Source of the DNA: Entomortierella parvispora E1425
Taxonomy: Eukaryota; Fungi; Mortierellomycota
Assembly: GCA_020891255.1 (NCBI GenBank)
Contig: BQFW01000005.1
Location: forward strand, 434,001-498,000
Reading direction: 5' to 3'
DNA length: 64,000 nt
The number at the start of each line of letters is the position of its first letter. The first letter of the stretch is position 1. The notes beneath the pieces are model-generated. The model saw only the letters and a program-made list of their open reading frames with translations. It had not been told where the DNA came from and made no database searches. This document shows, piece by piece, positions 49,544 through 59,006 of this stretch. Position numbers and translations under genes: made by a program.

Positions 49544-52500
49544 ATGTCATTCTGGCAATGCCAACAGCAGACCGCAGGGGTGAGCCATTGTTCTTCTCGG
49601 ACCCATGAACGCACGAATGGTGAATGTGGTCTCATGCTCATTCATTCATTTATATTTTTCGGTTACATTCTAGGAGCTGCTCGACCCATTCAGTCCTGAT
49701 TGCCCAGCGGACTTTACGCCATGTTTTGAAAACACGGTGGTGAGGCTGGCACCCGTGGCCTTCCTTCTGGCTGTGGGAGTACCGCGATACTTCAACCTGG
49801 CCAAGCGCGCCTCATTGGCCCACCCTTCTAAGAGCTGGCGTCAGATCCTGAAGCTGGTAAATACCCCAGATATACTTTGGTGTTTGGTGGCGCACCGGGA
49901 GCATTGTCTAACTATCGTCCCGTTCTTCTGTGTTGTTGTCTAGATCGAGATTATTGCCTTGCTGGGGGTGACGATAGCCCTTGTGGTAGTTGACCAGTTC
50001 AATCACAAAGAGTCGTCCTTCGGGATGGAGGCTGCTTCTGCTATGCTGGAGGTACTAGTTCTTGCCTTTGCTCTGGCGTTGACTGTCCTTGAAAACAAAA
50101 AGAGCTTTCTGTCTTCAAACACCCTTCTTGTCTTCTGGCCTCTTTCGATGATCGCGACGGGGATCAGGCTTCGGACCTTGGTTATTGGATGTCCTAGTAC
50201 CAGCCAAATAGACACCCAGTTGTATGGAGCCAAGTTCGCTCTGACTTTCCTCGTCTTTGTTCTCGAGTGTGCGCGAAAGGATGCAGGCATTCGACTGGGC
50301 GAGGACGACTTTGTAAGTGATTTTTTTAAGGTTGAGTTGTTTTTGTTGTGTGTATTGCAGCATTGTTTATTTTGTATCTGCATCTGAAGCGTTTGAAGCT
50401 GACTCCCTATTCTTGGTTTGTGTCAAAACATGCCATGCTAGACAAAGTGCCCTGAAGACGAAGCAAATATTTTCTCGATCGCCTCGTTCCACTGGGTGAC
50501 AGGACTGATGCGCAAGGGATACGCCAAACCTTTGACCATGGACGACCTTTGGGTTCTGAGGAAGCAGGATCGGTCAAACACTGCGTCAATGACATTCTCG
50601 GAGACTTGGGAGAAAGAATGCACAAAGGAGATGTAAGTTGGCAGGCGACAAAGTAGAGTTCCTCTGGATGCTTTGCAATATCGGCAACTGATGGGTCCCT
50701 TGTTTGCTCTGTGAATAGTCCAAGCTTGATCAGAGCTATCTCCTCGGCTTTTGGAAGACCCTTCTACATTGCAGGAATCTGGAAACTAGCCAACGATCTC
50801 CTTGGATTCTCTCAGCCGATGCTTCTTAGAGAATTCTTGATCTTTGTCAGGAGCTACAAATCTGAGGATCCTCTACCCTTGTACAGGGGATACACGATCG
50901 CCTGTCTGATGCTTGCATGCAGCGTGTCTCAAACGACGGTGCTGCACCAATACTTCCACCTCTGCTTCCGAACTGGCATGCACATTCGATCGGGTCTCGT
51001 CACTGCCATCTACCAAAAGTCTTTGAACTTGTCTAATTCTTCTCGCCAGAAGTTCACCGTAAGTCACGGATTATATTTCCATTGCTCTGGGTAAACGATG
51101 TTTGTTTTCCTCTAATGAACCAAGCATCGACTATTCACTTAGGTCGGTGAAATTGTGAATCACATGTCGATTGATGCCCAGCGTCTCCAGGATCTTGTCA
51201 CCTACCTTCATGTTGTCTGGAGTGGACTCTTCCAAATCACCCTCGCACTGTATCTCTTAAACAAGACGATGGGAGTGGCCATTTTTGCTGGAGTCGGTGT
51301 CATGTTGCTCATGATCCCTTTGAACGCTCGACTTTCACTGATCCAGAAGAACTTTCAACAGAGGCAGATGAAGAACAAGGATTCGCGCATCAAACTCATG
51401 AACGAGATTCTGAATGGCATCAAGGTCATTAAGCTGTATGCTTGGGAAGGAACCTTTCTGCAGAAGGTGCTGACAATCCGCAATGATCTTGAGCTGGATA
51501 TGTTGAAGAAGATTGGATATCTCGGCGCAGTCCAAAACTTTACTTGGGCTTGCGCTCCCTTCATGGTGTCGCTCACAACATTCTCGGTTTACGCCTTGGT
51601 CATGAAGCAACCCATGACGACTGATGTGGTGTTCACTTCTATTGCGCTCTTCAACCTCCTTCAATTCCCTTTGGGAATGTTTGCCAACGTTATCAGGTAT
51701 GAGAATATCAGTAACGATCGTAAGACAGATGTCGGAAACTTGAGCGCATTTACTCACTTCCTCTCATCTGTCAACTAGTTCTTGTATCGAAGCCTATGTT
51801 GCTATTGGACGTGTTCAAAAGTTTTTGCTGAGCGTGGAGGTCGACCCGACTGCCATCACCGTCGAGGATCCCAGTCAATTTACTGGAAGAGACGCTCTTG
51901 ACAAGTATGCATTGATCCTGTCTGATGCTACTTACACTTGGCACAGGAACTCGGCATCAGCTGTTTCGGATATCAACTTGATGCTTCAAAAGGACTGTCT
52001 GTTGAGTGTGATCGGACGAGTTGGCTCAGGAAAGAGTTCGTTGATTGCTGCTCTCTGTGGCGATCTTGAGAGAGTTTCAGGATCAATTCGCGTTCGTGGA
52101 TCTGTTGCCTTTGTGCCCCAGCAAGGTAGGAATTTGTCCCGTTGTTGCAATATCCATTTTTTTTTATTTTTTGTATAAAATCCTTAACTGTACCATTTCC
52201 TTTCCGTTTCCAACAGCCTGGATCATGAACGACACGCTCAGGAATAACATTCTTTTTGGAAACCGATACGACCCCGTCTTTTATCAAAAGACAATTGAAG
52301 CCTGCTGCCTCCAGCCAGATTTCGACATGTTGCTGGGTGGCGATGCTACAGAGATCGGTGAGCGCGGTATCAACTTGTCAGGAGGACAAAAAGCAAGAAT
52401 TTCACTTGCTCGTGCAGTTTACGCTCGGGCTGATATCTATCTCTTTGACGACCCTCTATCGGCCGTGGACGCTCACGTTGGCAGGACGATTTTCGATAAG

Positions 52501-54887
52501 GTGGTCGGACCAAATGGCTTGCTCGCCAAAAAGACCCGTGTGTTTGTCACCCACCAGATTCAATATCTCTCTCAGTCGACCAACATCGTGATGATGCGCG
52601 AAGGTCGCATCGTGGAACAAGGCAATTTCGAGGAGCTGATGCGGAAAAAAACGGATGTTTACCAGCTGGTTGTCGACTATGGACGCGACTCTAGTCAACA
52701 GACTGAATTCCCGGATGACGATGTCTCTGCACAAGAGGCAACCTTGGTTGAAGAAGTAGTTGACCCCAATGTTGCTCCAGGCGATGAACCCGTAGTGATT
52801 TCAACCAGCCCTATGTCGGCTCGTCCAGGAAGCCTAAAAAGTACACAAAGCATCCGGACGTTGAGACGACCCTCAGTTGCCTCTATCAAGTCGACCAAGG
52901 TTGTCAAAGTGGACCAGCCCAACAACATCATGACAGTGGAGCAGATGAACCAGGGCAGTGTTCATAGGAGTGTTTATCAGGCCTACGCCAAAGCATGCTC
53001 TTATTCAGCCGTCCTCATGTACTTCTTGTCCATGTTCCTCTCGCAAGGAGCCTCTGTCGCGACCTCTCTTTGGCTTACCTATTGGAGTCGAAACTATGAC
53101 TCTGGAAAAGGACCTCAGAACACGATTTACTACATTGGAGTCTATGCCGCCCTTGGATTTGGATACTCATTTTTGACAGTGTTGCAAAACATTATCGTTC
53201 AAGTCTTTTGCGGTATCCGATCAGCTCGAGTCTTGCATCAAAAGATGCTGATGAGCGTTCTGCGATCTCCTATGATGTTCTTTGACACGACGCCGTAAGT
53301 TGCCAAGGGGAATTGTTGTTCACTTGGTTGCTGAAATGCCTATTGATCATATATCTAATGGTTTTTTTTTCTCCTCCTCTTTGAATAATGCTTGTTAGTA
53401 TGGGGCGAATTTTGAACCGTTTCAGCAAGGACCAGAGTACAGTCGATGAAGTGTTGCCCCGAACCTTTGGAGGTTACTTCAGGACAGTTTATCAAGTGGG
53501 AGCAGTCTTGCTCGTTGTCACATTCTCGACACCCAGTTTCATTATTGTCATCCTGCCCTTTGGATTCATCTACCTGTGGCTCCAGCGGTATTATCTTGCA
53601 ACTTCTCGAGAACTTCGTCGTCTGGACTCTGTCTCTCGTTCGCCCGTCTATGCTCACTTCCAAGAGACCCTTGGAGGGATCAGCACAATTCGTGCATACC
53701 GTCAGCAGGCTCGCTTCATCCTTGGAAATGAGGACCATCTGGATCAGAACCTTCGCGCCTACTATCCTGGAATTGCTGGAAACCGCTGGTTGGCCTTCCG
53801 ATTGGAGACATTGAGTTCTGTGGTCATTTTTGGCTCGGCCTTTTTTGCGGTCATGGCTCTCTCCAACAACGTCGATGTCGACCCGGGTCTTGTTGGACTG
53901 TCATTGACATATGCTTTGAGTATCACACAAACCTTGAACTGGATGGTTCGTCAGTACACGGAAATCGAGTCGAACATCGTCTCTGTGGAGCGTATGCAGG
54001 AGTATATTGATCTTACCCCGGAAGCCCCCGAGATCATTGACAGCAACCGACCTGCTGCAGATTGGCCCGCGGAAGGACGCGTAGACTTTGTGGACTATGA
54101 GACAAGGTATCGTCCAGGTCTTGAACTTGTCCTGCGAGGCGTTACCTGTTCGATTCGATCTCACGAGAAGGTAGGAGCAAGTACTCACACGCACAAAAGT
54201 TCACGCGAAAGCCCAAAACGCGTCACTAAGTTTATCTTTACCATTTTGAAACAGATTGGAATCGTTGGACGCACCGGTGCTGGAAAATCATCGTTGACTC
54301 TGTCGCTCTTCCGTATCATTGAGTCTGTCAAGGGCCAGATCTTTGTGGATGGCTTCGACATCTCGACACTGGGATTGTACGATGTTCGGTCGCGCTTCTC
54401 CATCATCCCTCAGGATCCTGTTCTGTTTGCTGGCACGATTCGATTCAATCTTGATCCACAAGGAACGAAATCGGACTTGGAACTCTGGCAGGCTTTGGAA
54501 GATTCGTACCTGAAGGAACATGTTTCTCAGCTGGAGGGAGGGCTCAACGCAATGGTCTTGGAGCAAGGAGACAATTTCTCGGTAGGACAACGCCAGTTGA
54601 TCTGTCTTGCCAGAGCTTTGCTCCGGAAAACGTCATTGTTGATTTTGGATGAGGCCACAGCCGCCATTGACCTGGAGACGGATGCGTTGGTCCAGGCGAT
54701 TATCCGACAAAAGTTCTGTGACTGCACTATCTTGACGATTGCCCATCGTATCAACACTGTGATGGACAGTGACCGGATTATGGTCCTGGACCAAGGAAGG
54801 GTGGCAGAGTTTGAGACGCCAGCAAAGCTGTTGTCGGACTCGACTTCGATCTTTTACTCCTTAGCCAAGGAATCAGGCAATTTGTAA
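49544..54887 (+). CDS. ABCC/MRP-type ABC transporter #3, Ycf1/MRP1-like
   Basis: N-terminal DFTPCFENT; CPEDEANIFSRLVFHW; GRVGSGKSS, IGERGINLSGGQKAR, YLFDDPLSAVDAHVG; FFDTTP/MGRILNRFSKD; RELRRLDSVSRSP; GRTGAGKSS, FSVGQRQL, ILDEATAA, TIAHRINT. Confidence 0.93.
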
Positions 54888-55091
54888 TATACCTACCTGT
54901 AGAAGTGTGCGTGCAGCAGAAGCGGAAGTAAAGTTGATTCAGACAAAGGTTCGGAACTGCCTTACAGAGCAGCCCATGTTTGTCTCGTTTGCCCTGTTGA
55001 AGTTTCCAGCAATCTACGTCTTTAAATACAGCAGAGTTACTATGGGTAAAAAAAAAATCTTCATCATCCGCATCACCTCCTTCAAACTTCA

Positions 55092-55769
55092 ATGACCTCC
55101 AGTAACAGCTCTATTTCTCTCAAAGGCCTCTTGGCACTGACGGCAACTGCCTTGCTCATATTGGACTCTATCATCGACACGAAGTCCAAAAGAGAATATG
55201 ACGGGACGATACGGTGTTATTTTGACTCGACCTTTCTAAACGACTTGCCATGACCCTGATCCCCGAAATCTTCATACTCGCCTTCTATGCCGGCATCAAA
55301 ATTGTAGATTACAGACGGCAACATCTCTCAAAAGCGTCCTTTGCCTCAACTCCGACCTCTTCCTCCGGCATTCAACCATGATATCTTTGCAAACAACAGC
55401 AATAGCTCGGCTGATCACGAAAAAGCATCCCAGCTATCGTCCATGCTTCCAAGGCTGGTGCTCCTTCTCCTGATGTTGATCTGGCCGTTCATAGAACTGA
55501 GCGACTTTGATTCCTTCAGCGAGAGCACATGGCATGGGACTGCCACTTACAGCGATGGCGCCGGAGACAATGGGCAATGTACTCGGATCCTGAGCATGAT
55601 CCAAGGCCGGACCATTTTTGCCTTTGTGGTCTGTTTCTTCATGGCGCTCGAGACTTTGCTGACGTACACGAAGAAGAATGGAAAACGGTCGACGCCTACT
55701 CTGCCTTTGCAGAGACCGGCAGTGACGGCAAACAACAGGCGGACCATCTCTAGTTTTAGCAGGAAATGA
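55092..55769 (+). pseudogene. Probable 4-TM (MARVEL-like) membrane-protein gene broken by two compensating frameshifts
   Basis: TM1 (LLALTATALLILDSII) and TM3/TM4 (MLPRLVLLLLMLIWP; RTIFAFVVCFFMALETLL) are in one frame, which has stops at 55251 and 55305. A TM2-like stretch (MTLIPEIFILAFYAGIKIV, ATG 55250) is in another frame. I found no phase-compatible GT-AG intron. Confidence 0.45.
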
Positions 55770-55939
55770 AAAAACGAACAGCACTCCAATATACCAAGCA
55801 TGACTAAGGCAAAAGAATGGGCGGTTGCATGCAGTTGAGACAAGTGGTAGCTCTGGACGTTGGTTTCCTAGTCGCATAGGGCAGCCGTTCTAAGATGAAG
55901 TCGACAAAAGTGCTTTTTTTGTTCCAATGGAGACATGGA

Positions 55940-56285
55940 AGCTGAGAGATGGTTGGCGGGACACATTAGGCTTACTCGACCCCTGCAGACTGGTTGGCAC
56001 AGAGATGAGTCGATGTTGTGGACTGCCAGATGAAATACTGTCCACGTCTTGAACTTGTCATGCAAGGCCTTCCTTGTTCCCTTCCTTCCCGTGGAAAGGT
56101 AAGCGTAAACGTGATCAGGCACAATAATGGATCGTCCAAGCCCAAAACCTCCCGCCAACCTTACTTTGGCTATCATTTGAAACAGATTGGAAGCACTGGA
56201 GGCACAGCTACCGGAACATCATTGTGGATGCCGCTGCTCGTCCGCGCTCTTGAGTCTGTCAAGGGTCAGATCTTTACGGGGTGGA
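55940..56285 (+). pseudogene. Degenerate partial duplicate of ABCC #3 (start of NBD2, including its intron)
   Basis: Colinear similarity to ~54020-54350: gtcttgaacttgtc, aaggta donor, tttgaaacagattggaa acceptor, and tgagtctgtcaaggg(t/c)cagatcttt. Walker A is decayed to GSTGGTATGTS. Confidence 0.8.
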
Positions 56286-56498
56286 ATTGATATCTCTAGG
56301 TTAGCACCCGTTCACGGATTCCACGCTCGAGTGCTTTAGGTTGATTGGGAGAGGAAGCGTAGACCACTGTAGGCTTTTATCAGAAACTCATCGAAGGAAA
56401 GTAACTGCAGTTCAACCGAAGCTATTTATTCGAGGAGGTAGGGCGAAGGATGTGTGGCTGTGTGGCTGTGGCAGTCTTTGCACGAATGTTGGTGTTGG

Positions 56499-56859
56499 TC
56501 ATCCACTTTTATAGAGCAGAATGGCCATTTGGTCCATGTAAAAGTAGATAAAGTGTTTTGTTTCTAGTTTGAAGAACCATGTCGGTTTCTCATTAGTATT
56601 TGAAGGAAGGGATGAACATCTAGAATACGAAAACAACAACGGAGAAGAGTGTACCATGGGTCACATAGCTACCAAAGTTTCGACCAACGATGCAGTGCCA
56701 AGTGACACCGTATTTCCGGTCAAATTCCTTTTTCATGAAAGCAGCGATGTCCTTTTCAATCGTGTGCATTTCAAACGCTCGAACAGCACAATCCAGAACG
56801 TCTTGCTGAAGGTCCTCGGCCATATCGGCAGACTTGACCGTTGGGCGTTGATTCAACAT
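56499..56859 (-). CDS. DYN2: Dynein light chain LC8 (2 exons)
   Basis: [13 protein letters not shown]...[34 protein letters not shown] / [21 protein letters not shown]. Confidence 0.96.
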
Positions 56860-57312
56860 GATAGGTGCACGCTCTCGCTGTAGTTGGGACAGATCTGGAT
56901 GGAAGGCTGGTCAGAGGCTGGGCGAAGAGGTAAGTTGTGTCAAGAAAAAGGGAAGAAAGGGTCAAAATCAGTTAGCGGCCAGGTGAAAGGGAGTGGGGCA
57001 CCTTTATGTCTGATGTGGGGCAATGACAGCAGAGTCCGAAACGCGTCAGCATGTCGGATCGTGAGTGCCAAGACTCGATTCAAAGCAACAGCGACACGAG
57101 CACATGTCAGTCGCGTCCAAGAGCAGCTCAAGACGCTAATTGTTGGCACCAACAAAAATGTTGCACAGAGCAAAAGTCGGGTTTGGTGGCAAAATCTCCA
57201 CCTTGACGGAGTGCATGCATGCATGCATTCATTTGCGAACTTCCATTCTGACATTACAGTCCTCATTCCCTTGGTTCTCTGGCGCCTGACTTTGCGCCTA
57301 GTAAATGCCGCC

Positions 57313-57924
57313 ATGGAGCTGGAGCCTTGGCCTTGTGTTCTCAATTCGCTCTTTTGCATTCCTGAAGGTCTGCCTCTTGACTACTGGAATATCTCCTGGG
57401 ATGCCTTTCTGGCCATGCTCTTTCCCATCCGTTTTCAATATATTACAAGAATGGGCGAGCAAGACTTTGCTATCTACCTATGGCAAGACTTTTCCATCCA
57501 CGTGCAGTACCTCACTGATGGTGGATCGCAGATTCATATCCTGACCGTCCGGACACAGCATCCCCAAGATCTCGACAGCCCTGAAGTTCGACGACTTGTG
57601 GATCAGGAATCGCGTCAGTGGCTCTCGAACCTCATCTCTTTGACAAAGTCCAGAGTCCCTTACGTCTACCTTGTGAGCGCCTTTGGGCGCCAGTGCTGTG
57701 TTTACCGGCTCGATTGCGATTTTAGTTGCATCTCTCTACCTTTTCACAACTCCACAATTTCGTTCATTCCTGATCCTTCTGCAAGTTGCAGGTCAGGGGA
57801 AGGTAATGCAGCGGTTCCGATGAAGGACCAATGGAATATTGACATCGGGGCGTTTGAAGGGCGCCTGCTTCTGAATGATATCTTTGACGAGGCCAAAGTA
57901 ATGGTCGTGGCCACGCTGTTCTAA
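57313..57924 (+). CDS. Uncharacterised 203-aa protein resembling a fungal PD-(D/E)XK-like family, catalytic motif apparently degenerate
   Basis: Intronless ORF; pattern LFP..FQY...QDF...QHP..LDS...RR..DQE.RQ.L...VYLVSAFGRQCCVY...QWNIDI...EG..LL..IF...K.M, recalled from a widespread fungal family (not searched). Confidence 0.5.
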   Translation: MELEPWPCVLNSLFCIPEGLPLDYWNISWDAFLAMLFPIRFQYITRMGEQDFAIYLWQDFSIHVQYLTDGGSQIHILTVRTQHPQDLDSPEVRRLVDQESRQWLSNLISLTKSRVPYVYLVSAFGRQCCVYRLDCDFSCISLPFHNSTISFIPDPSASCRSGEGNAAVPMKDQWNIDIGAFEGRLLLNDIFDEAKVMVVATLF

Positions 57925-58763
57925 AGGCAAACACAAAGAGAGTCTTTCGCTACCCTTGTGTGGTATCACAGGATCACTGCCTATGACTGTTACCAATAAC
58001 TTTTGCAATAAACAGCTACCCGCATTACTTTCTTCTATGACAGATGACCATGCTGGTTTTGAGAATGCTCTTGGAGAGAAAAGAAAAAAATTATGAGTGC
58101 GAAGCTCTGAACCCAGCCCCTCTTTGCTCACTCCTTCACTTCAGAGGGGCTGGGCGCAAATCTCACCCTTTCCTATGGATGACCCAAAATAATTTTTTCG
58201 TCCAAAAAAGGAAAAAAAATTCTCTGATAAATAGTGTAATTTAAAAACTTTAAATAAATTCACTCTAATAATAATAAAATAGTGAGAGTAATGCCAGCCA
58301 TGCAGCCATGCCATCGCTCGTCGCCCGGCTTGAATGGGGTTAATTTCTTCCATTTTTTCATTTTCAATGCCACCACTTTCTTTCATAAACCCCGCGTTCC
58401 GATCTTGCATTCAGCTCCTGCCACCTCTTCTTTATACCCTTCATCTGATTAAATGACAAAGATGGCAAGCAAAAGACCAATCGAGCAGAGGTGAGGAGAC
58501 GCGTCTCGGGTGTCCATGATGCTCAGAGTCGCCCACGCGTCCATCTGCTCTATTTTTCTTCATCTCTTCATATTTTCTGTTGTAGTCATGATGCTCTTAG
58601 CAAATCTGATCAAGATATCCCGGGAACGCCGAGAAGATCGCGTAGCACCAAGGTGAGTAGCTTGATGTGGTGCCTGGTGGCCTCTTCCTGGTGTGGCCTC
58701 TTCTAACTCTGTGATTTACAATAGGGTGAGGGACGATTTCGTCTTGATTCCCCAGGTGCTCCT

Positions 58764-58844
58764 CCGCGAACCCCGCAAACAACACAAACCCCACGAGCAC
58801 CACGAGCACCACGAACTCCACGAACCCCGCGCACCTCACAAACC
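58764..58844. repeat. Degenerate 9-bp tandem repeat (~9 units, consensus CCACGA(A/G)C(A/C))
   Basis: ccgcgaacc ccgcaaaca acacaaacc ccacgagca ccacgagca ccacgaact ccacgaacc ccgcgcacc tcacaaacc. Confidence 0.8.
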
Positions 58845-59006
58845 TTACAAACGCCAAGATTCATACAGTCACCAATTGTGGCCAACCAAGTATGAAAAAA
58901 ATCGTTAAAAAATATGTGCTGCTCGCGTTTTCTTTTCTAACAGATGTATCCACCTCCTCCCATTCATATCGATTAGGGAACTACCAATGGTTCTGGTGCT
59001 ACCGAT

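Noticed and set aside
25457-54887. Apparent frameshifts or fragmentation of the ABC transporters in the ORF track
   Set aside because: The breaks I checked coincide with canonical GT-AG introns that restore frame.
4807-54887. Transporter-rich region as a secondary-metabolite gene cluster
   Set aside because: There is no NRPS, PKS, terpene or RiPP core gene, and the intervening genes are housekeeping.
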